Shown here one piece after another: positions 24,851 through 40,269 of a DNA stretch of 64,000 nucleotides (positions within the stretch are counted from its first letter, which is position 1; the number at the start of each line of letters is the position of its first letter). Below the pieces are notes generated by a model. That model ran no database searches. It saw only the letters and a list, made by a program, of their open reading frames with translations, and was not told the origin of the DNA. The translations under genes were made by a program, and so were the position numbers. The stretch comes from Macrostomum lignano (taxonomy: Eukaryota): contig NIVC01003689.1 of NCBI GenBank assembly GCA_002269645.1, positions 18,614 to 82,613 of the forward strand, read 5' to 3'.

Positions 24851-25439
24851 TAATGAGCATTAGCCATTAATTGACATCAATCATTTCTTGTGCGATAAGC
24901 TCGTACCATACTTATATATCTGACACGTACTCAGGTTATGTTCCAACCCTCCAGTCAGACTGAGTCAACATGGAAGCGTCGCATTTCTTTTAAAAATATG
25001 AAATCCTTTCGAATCAAAGCTAATCGGGTCAAATTTCAGCAATTAAATTTTTGCTAATCATACGAGCTGGTACAGACGAACAGACGAATCAGGACACTTC
25101 TGCGCAAGTGTGTTTGCACTAGGATTCTGTATTTCTCGAATTTCTTGCAGAAACTGATGAAGAAGTCAGTTTTATTAAGATACGCCCGAACTAAGCATAT
25201 AAAGCTACTATATATGTATACTCTTGCATTACGTGGGGACATTCAGGTTCTTACCGAGGCTTGGCAGTTGATTTTGGCGCATATTTTTCATTGATTTTAA
25301 CGCCATTTGTCATGGATTTTGGCACCATTGGTCATTGATTTTGGCGCCATTTGTTATTGATTTTAGCGCCCTCTTGTCTCGAATTTTCCAGACCGCGACG
25401 CTCATACGGTAAATATTTAGTCAACGACGAAATTTCTTA

Positions 25440-25715
25440 GATGCCAATTGGCTCAATGGGGAGTTGCTGAGATGCCATGGCTCAATGGGGAGTTGTTGAG
25501 ATGCCATGGCTCAATGGGGGAGCTGCTGAGATGCCAATTGACTCAATGGGGAGTTGCTGAGATGCCGATTGACTCAATGGGGAGTTGCTGAGATGCCGAT
25601 TGACTCCATGGGGAGTTGCTGAGATGCCAATTGACTCAATGGGGAGTTGCTGAGATGCCGATTGACTCAATGGGGAGTTGCTGGGATGCCATGGCTCACT
25701 GGGGAGTTGCTGGTA
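25440..25715. repeat. ~31-bp minisatellite (CTCAATGGGGAGTTGCTGAGATGCCAATTGA)
   Basis: Direct periodicity; core related to the 22.6-23.6 kb repeat. Confidence 0.9.
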
Positions 25716-26324
25716 CCATTGGTCTAGAAATCTGGATTATCAGGTGTAATGCTTTACCCCAATATATGAACATGAAAATTTTAAGAAACCGACAATAATG
25801 ACAATCCAAAATGATTTGCACGCAGAAACCTACAAGCAATGCTGCTGAGAAGAAGAAATTACAAGGTTAAGTTTTACCTGATGGCATAAATAAGAAATCA
25901 ACCAATTAGTTAGACAGTCGCTGAATAAAAGCCACCCTTAGTCCCAGAAGAGCTGCGCAACTCAATAAGCATAGTTAATTTCGTTAGTCTTGCATTCAAT
26001 TTTAACATAATTATATATTTTCTCTGCTTTGAAAGCTTTTAGGCAGTCTGTAGAAGTGAGCCAAATTAATTAGTAATCATTTGCTAGGAAAATAAAAGCT
26101 TCATCGAATCACTAGAGACGTATTGACGCAAACTCAAACAGCGGTGCGGCTTCACGCAGAATTGCAAATTTCGCTTCTCGGGACGCGACGAACTTCTACT
26201 GTCGCTTATCAGTCAGGGTTACGGATGGAAGAAAATGTAGGTGGAGAGTGAGGCTGGCTTGGTGAATCAGCATAGTATCTCACTGAGCGACATGTGCGAC
26301 ACGACGAAAGAGTGTAGGTGAGGG

Positions 26325-27170
26325 TAGAGTGAGAGTAGGTGAGGGTAGAGTGAGAGTAGGTGAGGGTAGAGTGAGAGTAGGTGAGGGTAGAGTGAGAGTA
26401 GGTGAGGTTAGGGTGAGAGTAGGTGAGGTTAGGGTGAGAGTAGGTGAGGTTAGGGTGAGAGTAGGTGAGGTTAGGGTGAGAGTAGGTGAGGTTAGGGTGA
26501 GAGTAGGTGAGGGCAGAGTGAGAGTAGGTGAGGGCAGAGTGAGAGTAGGTGAGGGCAGAGTGAGAGTAGGTGCAGAGGGTAGGGTGAGAGTAGGTGAGGG
26601 TAGGGTGAGAGTAGGTGAGGTTAAGGTGAGAGTAGGTGAGGTTGGGGTGAGAGTAGGTGAGGTTAAGGTGAGAGTAGGTGAGGGTAGGGTGAGAGTAGGT
26701 GAGGTTAAGGTGAGAGTAGGTGAGGGTAGGGTGAGAGTAGGTGAGGTTAGGGTCAGAGTAGGTGAGGTTAGGGTGAGAGTAGGTGAGGTTAGGGTGAGAG
26801 TAGGTGAGGGCAGAGTGAGAGCAGAGGTGAGAGTAGGTGAGGTTAGGGTGAGAGTAGGTGAGGTTAGGGTGAGAGTAGGTGAGGTTAGGGTGAGAGTAGG
26901 TGAGGGCAGAGTGAGAGCAGAGGTGAGAGTAGGTGAGGTTAGGGTGAGAGTAGGTGAGGTTAGGGTCAGAGTAGGTGAGGTTAGGGTGAGAGTAGGTGAG
27001 GTTAGGGTGAGAGTAGGTGAGGGCAGAGTGAGAGTAGGTGAGGGTAGAGTGAGAGCAGAGGTGAGAGTAGGTGAGGTTAGGGTGAGAGTAGGTGAGGTTA
27101 GGGTGAGAGTAGGTGAGGACAGAGTGAGAGTAGGTGAGGGCAGAGTGAGAGTAGGTGAGGGTAGAGTGGG
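26325..27170. repeat. 21-bp GA-rich minisatellite (GTGAGAGTAGGTGAGGTTAGG)
   Basis: Direct periodicity; the same family resumes at 30832-31030. Confidence 0.95.
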
Positions 27171-27734
27171 ACAAGGGGGTGAGAATAGCCCTCTGGTAAA
27201 TAAACCAGATAACATCACAAGATAACTTTCGCTCAAAAAAGATAATATGCCCTATTCCGGTTATGCAAAATGTTATTTTATGAATCCCGTTTGCGTGACG
27301 AAATCTTACGTTTCCTTGTTTCAAACAAGATTCAAATAGGATTCGCTGACCAGGTAACAGTCGGGTAATTCATGCGAATCCTGCAGGGAAACATCGTGTT
27401 ATCCTGTTTGTTATCTTGTTTGTTATCCTGTCTGGCAAACAGGATTCGCTGACCAGGTAACAGTCGGGTAATTAATGTGAAAGAAAGCCGGAAGGCATTG
27501 ACATCAAATTTCGCAGTAAAGAAGCGTATGAAAAGTTGGTGCTTCAAGATTTTATGAGTAGCATCTCTATATTTAACAGCGGGTTGTACTTTGTAAGCGC
27601 CTTATACAAACTAAACAAGGAACAGGAACAAGCTCAACAGGAACGAAAACTTCTGGAGAACAGCGTGGCATACGTATGAGTTTCGACAGTCGAGTTATAT
27701 GTAGACCTACTTATACTGTGGATACTAATTGACA

Positions 27735-28409
27735 CTACTGAATTGGTGATCTGCTGCGAGCTGGTGCTGAGTCGCAGGTCGGACCTGCTGTACTCGGACA
27801 CGACTCTGATGGCAGTCGACGCGTGAGCCAGACGTTTGAAAGATCGGGTCGCGCGCACGGAAGGCGATTAATGAGACCACTGACGGGGGCTTGCATTATA
27901 TGCCGGCGCAATGGAACGACTCTGCATTATTAAAGTTAAATTAAATGGCGATGGAAGGCAGTTTCTCCGAAATATACACAGTTATAAAGAAACAGCAATG
28001 TACATACCCACTCGATCGTCTAGCTCTAACAGACAGCGACGGTTCGCCGACAATCATTGCCAGATTGTACGACTGTTCACTAGTAATGTCAGCTGCGTCG
28101 ATAGAATTGTCATTCGTAGCATAGTCGTCATCCAGAATCAACTGGCTTTCGTTGATCGGCTGCTCGTAGACCAGAGACGAAGTGAATGGTGTGCCATCTG
28201 ATGCGCCGGCTTGCGCGGCGCTGGCTTCGTTGCGTCCACGAAATGCCGACTACGCTGGAAACTCTTACATGATTGTCTTCGAAATCCCGTGTGCCAACGG
28301 TAATATCCAACCGACTTGACGTTGCAGATGTCACTAGTGCGATGGACGATCGTCTAACGGCGTCATCAACTGCGTCGTTCGAGGCAATGACACCCTCCGG
28401 AAAAAGTGG
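27735..28409 (-). CDS. Putative spliced low-complexity coding fragment (exons ~28409-28008 and 27921-27735)
   Basis: GC-rich open frames joined by an 86-nt GTATGT..TGCAG intron in the correct phase, stop TAG at 27735-27737. The upstream part needs a frame change at ~28250-28268. No homology recognised. Confidence 0.35.
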
Positions 28410-28536
28410 CTGACAAGATTGCCGACACTCATGGTCTGTAACGACTACTCCCTTGACTTGTTCGATGATTTATTAAATCTCGAAAAGATTACCGACACTC
28501 GTAGTCTGTAACGACTACTCTCTTGACTTGATCTGC

Positions 28537-29440
28537 TCAGGGCTGGTGCAACTGCAAACGCATTAGACAAACCAATGGAGCATGCACAGAAAAAATCGGA
28601 TTAGCGTCTATCTTAATAGGAAAGCTGCTTTGCATACTGGGCCAGTTAGAGCTATTTGGAACTATGCCACAGTCTCCGTCTAGACACCCAGCTGTGCCAA
28701 ACAATATGGTTGGCTGACTCATGCTTCTAAGCGTCAAATATGACGATAGAATCATTCAGCCCGTTGACACACTAAGCAGCTGTGATAGACTACATGCCAG
28801 TGGTAGTCAAACCTCTCGCACACAATCAGGGCGCAACAATTTTTCAATTGTCACCTGTACGGAGGATGGGCACAGCCTCACATTACGGACGCTACAGTGC
28901 CTCCGAAAAGCAGATCAATTCACCTTGCAATTTCGAGGCTTTATTACCCCTAGGATTAAAGATTGACCCGCGTAGTCAAATAAAAGTGACTACTCTTAGC
29001 AGCTGCCTTGAGCCACAACAGACGCGAGGTTTGATTACCCCTCGTAGGTCAGCATTTTCAGTCAACTGCTCAACTCTGATTCATCGGTTGAAGCGGGGTT
29101 CCATTATCACTCGCTGGTGGCCATACACCAACACTGCAGACGCTTTAGACAACCCAATGGAGCATGCTCTAGCAAGAGCTAGAATAACGTCTGTCTTAAA
29201 AAAAAGCTACCTTAGAACTGGGCCAGTAGGAGCTTTTGGAACCATGCCACAGCTCCATCTAGACACCCAGCTGCACCAGATAATAGGGTAATCTGATACA
29301 CTAAGTAACCGCGACAGACTACATGCCATTGGGAGTCAAACCTCTCCAGCACAATAAGAATGCAATAGTTTGTCGGAGAGCCAACAAAGCTATCACCTGC
29401 AGGGAGGGCGGGCACGGCCTCACATTACGAGCGCTAGCGT
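28537..29440. repeat. Diverged tandem duplication (~570-bp period)
   Basis: CCAATGGAGCATGC, ACTGGGCCAGT, CTAGACACCCAGCTG, AGACTACATGCCA and CCTCACATTACG each occur twice in the same order. Confidence 0.85.
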
Positions 29441-29469
29441 TTGGTGATATATGGCACTTTACCCCTCGC

Positions 29470-29968
29470 AGGTCAGCATAGCAGCTGCCTTGAACCACAA
29501 CAGAAGCGAGGATTGATTATCCATCGCAGGTCAGCATAGGAGCTGCCTTGAGCCACAACAGAAGCGAGGATTGATTATCCATCGCAGGTCAGCATAGGAG
29601 CTGCCTTGAGCCACAACAGAAGCGAGGATTGATTATCCATCGCAGGTCAGCATAGCAACTGCCTTGAGTCCCAACAGAAGCGAGGATTGATTATCCATCG
29701 CAGGTCAGCATAGCAACTGCCTTGAGCCACAACAGAAGCGAGGATTGATTATCCATCGCAGGTCAGCATAGCAGCTGCCTTGAGCCACAACAGAAGCGAG
29801 GATTGATTATCCATCGCAGGTCAGCATAGCAGCTGCCTTGAGCCCCAACAGAAGCGAGGATTGGTTATCCATCGCAGGTCAGCATAGCAGCTGCCTTGAG
29901 CCACAACAGAAGCGAGGATTGGTTATCCATCGCAGGTCAGCATAGCAGCTGCCTTGAGCCACAACAGA
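29470..29968. repeat. 58-bp minisatellite, ~8.5 copies
   Basis: CCATCGCAGG at 29521 and 29579, etc.; single progenitor-like copy at ~28997-29055. Confidence 0.95.
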
Positions 29969-30831
29969 CGGAAGACCAGTCTTATCCGTAACTTCATTGA
30001 GATTCCGGTCAATGGGGAGCTGATCCCTGTGGATTTTCCGGATAACTTGGTCTAGATCGCTGAGGAATTCCGACTGAGCTCCCAAAATCTCATCCAGAAA
30101 ATTTTCATTTGGAAAACCTGAAATTTGGGTCTGCAATCAGAATTCAGCAGCTGTTCCAGGTTAAAAATTTTGGAAAATCCAGCCAGAACAGTTTTCCTTT
30201 TTCCCGAACTTTTGCAGGATCACACTTTCCGGAAAAGAGGGGCTTTTCCGGGCCAAAAATTCTGATCCAAGCCTTCACTTGGAAATCAATTAATACATCG
30301 GGCCCAGATCACGAAATTCTGGAAAAAATTCTGGGTGAAAAGTACAACGGGTTCTTACAGACCGGATAACACAAAGGCATCTTGATTGAAATCTTTTTCC
30401 ATTATCTGCTTTGCAAACCAGATTCGCATCATGTTATCCGACAAATTTCAGATTCACAAGGTTTCTTACAGACCAGATAACACACAGTTATCTTGATTAA
30501 AATCTTGTACTGTTATCTGATTTTCAAACAAGATTCGCGCCATGTTATCCTGTGAAATTCAGATAACTCACCAGATAACAGTCAAACAAGAAAACAAAAA
30601 ATTATCTGGTGGCGAATCTTGTCATGTAATCTGATTTCTAAGCAAAATTCGGGCCATGTTATCTGGTGAAATTCAGATAACTCACCAGATAACAGGCAAA
30701 CCAGATAACACTAAAATTACCTGGTGACAAATCTGGTGGTTTCACCAGTTTCGCACCTCAAACAAGGAAATCGGTAGTGAATCTGACAAGATTCGCAAAT
30801 TATCTTGTGGTTTATCTGGTTTATTTTATTT

Positions 30832-31030
30832 AGTGAGGGTAGGGTGAGATAAGTGAGGGTAGAGTGAGATTAGGTGAGGGTAGGGTGAGAGTAGGTGAGG
30901 GTAGAGTGAGATAAGGTGAGGTTAGAGTGAGACAAGGGAGTGAGAAGTGAGGGTAGGGTGAGAGTAGGTGAGGGTACGGTGAGATTAGGGGGTGAGAAGT
31001 GAGGGTATGGTGAGAGTAGGAGGTAGGGTC
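30832..31030. repeat. Continuation of the 21-bp GA-rich minisatellite
   Basis: Same monomer and orientation as 26325-27170. Confidence 0.85.
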
Positions 31031-31904
31031 AGACTGATGAAGCAAGTAAACAGTGCCAAATCAAAGGCGGTAGTTACCTCACCCGCAGCAGTAAAGTCCT
31101 ACCAAAAAAATTATTATGATTATAATCTGCAGCCAGCTGAGAATTTAACGACTTTCGCGTACACGCAAAATGAGCGTCGCCTGCGAATTAATACCCAAAT
31201 TTGAGCGCGTAAAACAGGTCTTTGAATCCATCGATTCCCGAATCAGGGACAGCACAGCCGCCAGAGCTTAGCGAGGGATTATTGCCTAGCATATGAAGCT
31301 GCCACAGCAAGCAGAGGCATTAAAGACACTGACGCAGCTATCAGATCCTTGCACAGTTATAAAAATTTCCCCACAAATTTAGAGGAGAAAGTGATCTTTT
31401 TAACCCCCATATTATCGGGCATAAAAGTGCCAGTCAATGATTTGGAAAACAACAATAAAAAGCTTTAGTAAATTTATTATTAAAATCGTAGTTATTAACA
31501 TTGTTGTTGGTTGCTGTGCAAGCAGAGAGGCGAGTTGTTGAAATAAATAACATAAAATAAATTTATACTTATATTTGATTAAACAATATAGATCTAATTT
31601 GACAGGCAAACTTATAAAATGATCAATTATATTGATATACTAATAAATATACTAATATTGATTATACTTCAACAGTATATAATAAACAAATATGAAAACA
31701 CAAATGGTGACCTTGAGTGTCGGGTAGGTCAGATGTGCCGGATGAAAAGCTCATTGTTTAGTTGATTGATACCAGCGTAGCCAATAAGCGCAACTAATAT
31801 ATAAGATTGAGTATTAAACAGTTCGAGTGAGACGACTTGGGGTTTTACTAATAGAAAATTGTTCGATAGCTGTCTGTAATATTGCGGATTGAGAAGAGCG
31901 AGTG

Positions 31905-32660
31905 AGAAGTAGGGTGAGATCAAGAGCGAGTGAGAAGTAGGGTGAGATCAAGAGCGAGCGAGAAGTATGGTGAGATCAAGAGTGAGTGAGAAGTATGGTG
32001 AGATCAAGAGTGAGTGAGAAGTAGGGTGAGATCAAGAGTGAGTGAGAAGTATGGTGAGATCAAGAGCGAGTGAGAAGTATGGTGAGATCAAGAGTGACTG
32101 AGAAGTAGGGTGAGATCAAGAGCGAGTGAGAAGTAGGGTGAGATCAAGAGGGAGTGAGAAGTAGGGTGAGATCAAGAGCGAGTGAGAAGTAGGGTGAGAT
32201 CAAGAGCGAGTGAGAAGTAGGGTGAGATCAAGAGCAAGTGAGAAGTAGGGTGAGATCAAGAGCGAGTGAGAAGTAGGGTGAGATCAAGAGCGAGTGAGAA
32301 GTAGGGTGAGATCAAGAGTGAGAAGTAGGGTGAGATCAAGAGCAAGTGAGAAGTAGGGTGAGATCAAGAGCGAGTGAGAAGTAGGGTGAGATCAAGAGCG
32401 AGTGAGAAGTAGGGTGAGATCAAGAGCGAGTGAGAAGTAGGGTGAGATCAAGAGCGAGTGAGAAGTAGGGTGAGATCAAGAGTGAGAAGTAGGGTGAGAT
32501 CAAGAGCAAGTGAGAAGTAGGGTGAGATCAAGAGCGAGTGAGAAGTAGGGTGAGATCAAGAGCGAGTGAGAAGTAGGGTGAGATCAAGAGTGAGTGAGAA
32601 GTATGGTGAGATCAAGAGCGAGTGAGAAGTATGGTGAGATCAATAGTGAGAAGTAGGGTG
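31905..32660. repeat. 28-bp minisatellite (GAGTGAGAAGTAGGGTGAGATCAAGAGC)
   Basis: Direct periodicity. Confidence 0.95.
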
Positions 32661-33188
32661 AGAAGCTTCTGTCACCAGGATATTAACAAAAATCGAAATT
32701 AAATATAAGGAAAAATACACAAAACGTTTTAGGAACCCGAACAAATTTAAAGTGGGCAAACAAGCAGTCAGTATAAATATATAAATATGACAAATAAAAT
32801 AGCAAAAGAAAAAAACACGATGGAGTATTGACTCGACTCGCAATATGAAAATGTTTTGTATAATTTCCATTTGGTTTTGTTGAAAGGCAAATTTTGAAGT
32901 TCAAACACAAAAATTAACAGGCTCATTTGTTATGAAAACCGTAGGATTCGAGTCTGGGACTTAACTATTGAAGCCCTACAAGCATACATAAAGCACTGCA
33001 GTATATAACATGTACATGCAAAATAGAAGCCAAACTATCAATCAAAGTGCATTAAGCCTGGCTGACAATAGGAGATAAAAATGATTAAGTATAATATATA
33101 ATATTAAGCGACTGTCATTCTGTCTGATTAATTTTTTTTGCAATATTTTATTTAAAGCGCTTAAAGTACTCAAGATTTTGCCAACTAC

Positions 33189-36806
<3,618 letters not shown>

Positions 36807-36830
36807 CTAGAATTGCCACTCCCTGAGTCG

Positions 36831-37146
36831 ATGGTCATACACTGAAATCCCATGGTCATACACTGAAATCCTATGGTCATACACTGAAATCCCATGGTCA
36901 TACACTGAAATCCCATGGTCATACACTGAAATCCTATGGTCATACACTGAAATCCCATGGTCATACACTGAAATCCCATGGTCATACACTGAAATCCCAT
37001 GGTCATACACTGAAATCCTATGGTCATACACTGAAATCCCATGGTCATACACTGAAATCCCATGGTCATACACTGAAATCCTATGGTCATACACTGAAAC
37101 CCCATGGTCATACACTAAAATCCCATGGTCATACACTGAAATCCTA
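36831..37146. repeat. 21-bp minisatellite (ATGGTCATACACTGAAATCCC)
   Basis: Direct periodicity; begins ~180 nt upstream of the Ral ATG. Confidence 0.95.
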
Positions 37147-37854
37147 TTGATAACAGGTGAAATTTAAAAAGTAATAAAGTCAAAACGTTTTAGATTTAGA
37201 TCGAAGGAACAAAGCAAAATAAAACACATGCATCTTTTGTTTATAGAAATTATTTTCAAAATGCTTAACGACATTTTAAATACGATAACAAAAGTACATA
37301 CGTATACATAATATACAGAAATCTATTGTGTATCTATTGTATATAATAAGAAAGCACATTGACGACAAAAAAACTCGTTAAAAACTATAAAATGACTGCT
37401 ACTTTAAATATATGCATTGCGCTAATTACTATGAAATTATATATAAACATACAACAAGAAAATCTAAATAATTAACATTGATTTTATCATACACACAGAT
37501 ATAGTACATGTAGACACTATATTCTCAACTACTTAAAAAGTATTATTATGGCTTCAATTATTAGAACGACAATTATATCACATAGGGATTGTATAGGTTT
37601 ATTCAACAGTCGAAAACCCATGACAGAAGTATTTGTTAATTCTCTTCCAAACGGAGACCCATGAGTGTCCCGGATTTTAAAGAAAACTCTGGCTTAAAAC
37701 TTAAAAATAAAACATAAATTTCTGCCGAGATCTGCTGAGATTCGACATTGATATTTCGTATCATCAATGACAGCATCCACTACTATAAAAGCTTGAAACC
37801 AATTCATCTGCTTTAGGTATCGATTTTTCTGAGATCCAAGATTATAACGATCAC

Positions 37855-38305
37855 AGCTTGTGAAGTTTCAAGCTTGTGAAATTTCGAGCTGATAAAAGTT
37901 CGAGCTTGTAAAGTTTCGAACTGATAAAGTTTCGAGCTTGTGAAGTTTCGAACTGATAAAGTCTCGAGCTTGTGAAGTTTCGAACTGATAAAGTTTCGAG
38001 CTTGTGAAGTTTCGAACTGATAAAGTTTCGAGCTTGTGAAGTTTCGAGCTTGTGAAGTTTCGAACTGATAAAGTTTCGAGCTGATAAAATTTCGAGCTGA
38101 TAAAAGTTCGAGCTTGTTAAGTTTCGAACTGATAAAGTTTCGAGCTGATAAAATTTCGAGCTGATAAAAGTTCGAGCTTGTTAAGTTTCGAACTGATAAA
38201 GTTTCGAGCTGATAAAGTTTCGAGCTGATAAAATTTCGAGCTGATAAAATTTCGAGCTGATAAAAGTTCGAGCTTGTGAAGTTTCGAACTGATAAAGTTT
38301 CGAGT
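37855..38305. repeat. ~16/32-bp array (GAGCTTGTGAAGTTTCGAACTGATAAAGTTTC)
   Basis: Direct periodicity. Confidence 0.9.
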
Positions 38306-38531
38306 TTAGGAAACATCCGGATGAAAGACAATTTAATAATCAAATCGTTAAAAAATTCTTCATTCTAAAAAAAGTATTTAAATGTCCTGAAGGTTGCGAC
38401 AATTGTGTGAAACCAGGTTTTTAACCAATCTGTAAATTTCCTGTGCCTGCATGGCTGCTCCGTTCTGGCGCAAAAAAGACTGTTTAAAAAATTAATCAGT
38501 TAAGTTCATTAACTACCGAGTACGATGTTAA

Positions 38532-40070
38532 CTAAACTGGCAATAAATCTTCCAGACAGGACATCACAGCGGTGGCGTGACTCGCCAGCATCGAGGCCCA
38601 CAGTGTCACCTCGCCATTCACCGTGAAATCGTCGCCTTGTGACTGCTCGCCTTCACGGTCTTTAGACGAGCACAAACCAGCAAGCCAAGCGTCACTTGAT
38701 GGTCGACAGCCTTCATGGCTACTACTAGCAGTAGCATCAGCAGCATTCGCCGATTGTTTAACAATTAGTTTAGAAGCCAGCTCGGGAACTGTGCCAGCAG
38801 AGTTAGGCAGCAAATTCAACTCTTCAATAACCATCCAGATGTCCCACTTAGCAACTAAAGAAGCCGTGACTAAATCCGATCGGACAGAATCGCCAAAGTA
38901 GGCAATCTTTCTGGATTGAGTTTTATCATCACATTGTCCAAGAAATTTCCATTCAAATTCTTCCGCACAACCGCTGATGTAAGCTTTACCCCGACCGAAT
39001 GGAAGGCGTTCGAAGCTTTCGTAGCTGCTGTAGTAACTAGCCGAGCTTGAATAATACGATTTGGACTTTTTCATAAAAAAGTTCGGCTTCCCAGCCTCCA
39101 ACAGGCAGGCGTCGAATAAATCCGGCCAGTCCTGACCCAGAATGTGCTCAAGATGTCTGGCAGCGAACTGAGCCTCAGAGGATGATAATAAAAAGACATA
39201 AATGCCGCGTTGGCGAAGCTGTTTGAGCAGCACTCGAACTCCGGAGGTCACCGGGCACAGGTAAGCGCTGGGATTAGCTAATACATATTTAAAATAAGCG
39301 CCATCATCTGAGTAGACGTGAAGCAAAGCTGAGTAGCAATCCTGCCAAAGGCTGCTGCAGTCAGTCAGTGGGGTGGTTCGATTCTCTTCTGCCAAGTCCA
39401 CCTGTTGATGAAGCCAACTTGCTTTTAGTTGAATATCAGCACGTATATGTAGCATCATACTGTACTGCACTGTACTGTACTGTACTGCAACCCACCTGGC
39501 CATTTTCAGTTTTTTGTGCTCACAAAGCCCCAAATGAATGTGGCTGCGCAACCAGAGGTGGTCCTGGAGCCCCCCCCTTCCCCAACGCACCAATTTAGCG
39601 AATATCAAACTGCCAGGCAAGTCGTAGTGAGTATCCTGAAATCGATAGCGACCATCTCGTTCGTGTCGATAGCCGCTATTGAGAACGGCTTGAGCAAACG
39701 GCGGCCGACCGTCTGGCGGATAAGCTAATTTAGCGTCCAACTGTTTGCTGCCGTGACAAACTCTCAATGCTGCACCTGTGGGCGACATCAAAAGCAGATT
39801 GCCGCCTATTTTGTCTAAAATAGCGGCCCTACTCATTAAGCCACACTCAATTGGCGATGACCAGTCAAGACTGCGCAGATGATCGGGATAGCCGCGATGC
39901 TTAACTAAATAGTCTGCCAATTGAACGTAAACTAGACTGACCAGATTGCGCAACTGATAACGGCCCAGCGTGAGATCGATGTCGAAACCGACTGCGTCGT
40001 AGTCAAACAGACGCTCCATATTTATTTGGTGTTGTCTGACTAACCGACTAAATGGACGGAGTCGGTGCAT
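38532..40070 (-). CDS. NT5DC1: 5'-nucleotidase domain-containing protein (NT5DC1-like, HAD superfamily), ~449 aa after removal of a 189-nt intron (39590-39402)
   Basis: HAD motif I DAVGFDIDLTLGRY; FLLSSS (motif II); KPNFF (motif III); YFGDSVRSD (motif IV). Removing GTGCGT..CAACAG joins FAKL|VDLAEE and drops non-homologous sequence. Confidence 0.88.
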   Translation of the reverse strand: MHRLRPFSRLVRQHQINMERLFDYDAVGFDIDLTLGRYQLRNLVSLVYVQLADYLVKHRGYPDHLRSLDWSSPIECGLMSRAAILDKIGGNLLLMSPTGAALRVCHGSKQLDAKLAYPPDGRPPFAQAVLNSGYRHERDGRYRFQDTHYDLPGSLIFAKLVRWGRGGLQDHLWLRSHIHLGLCEHKKLKMARWVAVQYSTVQYSMMLHIRADIQLKASWLHQQVDLAEENRTTPLTDCSSLWQDCYSALLHVYSDDGAYFKYVLANPSAYLCPVTSGVRVLLKQLRQRGIYVFLLSSSEAQFAARHLEHILGQDWPDLFDACLLEAGKPNFFMKKSKSYYSSSASYYSSYESFERLPFGRGKAYISGCAEEFEWKFLGQCDDKTQSRKIAYFGDSVRSDLVTASLVAKWDIWMVIEELNLLPNSAGTVPELASKLIVKQSANAADATASSSHEGCRPSSDAWLAGLCSSKDREGEQSQGDDFTVNGEVTLWASMLASHATAVMSCLEDLLPV

Positions 40071-40149
40071 GAAATAATAATCAAAAATCGGAGTGCTAGT
40101 GGGTATCGAGATGAGATGAATATTTAAAATTTGTCATGATTCATGACTT

Positions 40150-40240
40150 AGACTTTTAGTGTTGGAATCAGTAGTCTTAGTCTTAGATTCTTAGTCTTAG
40201 ACCCTTATTGTTACCATCTTAGTTTTACACTCTTAGTCTT
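40150..40240. repeat. TCTTAG-rich short repeat (TAGTCTTAGACTCT type)
   Basis: The same repeat resumes at 43000-43245. Confidence 0.75.
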
Positions 40241-40269
40241 AAACTAGCAATCTACGCCCCCCGTTGGGG

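Larger units (their letters stand above)
27195..30830. mobile_element. Putative TIR-bounded ~3.6-kb insertion within the 21-bp array
   Basis: Left TAAATAAACCAGATAACATCACAAGATAACTTTCG vs reverse complement of right end TAAATAAAATAACCAGATAAACCACAAGATAATTTGCG; a second inverted motif TTCCTTGTTT/AAACAAGGAA; many CCAGATAAC repeats near both ends. No TSD or transposase seen. Confidence 0.4.

Noticed and set aside
31068-31088. 21-nt micro-exon (DFTAAGE) on the minus strand
   Set aside because: Splice-like signals exist, but no neighbouring exons could be linked in frame
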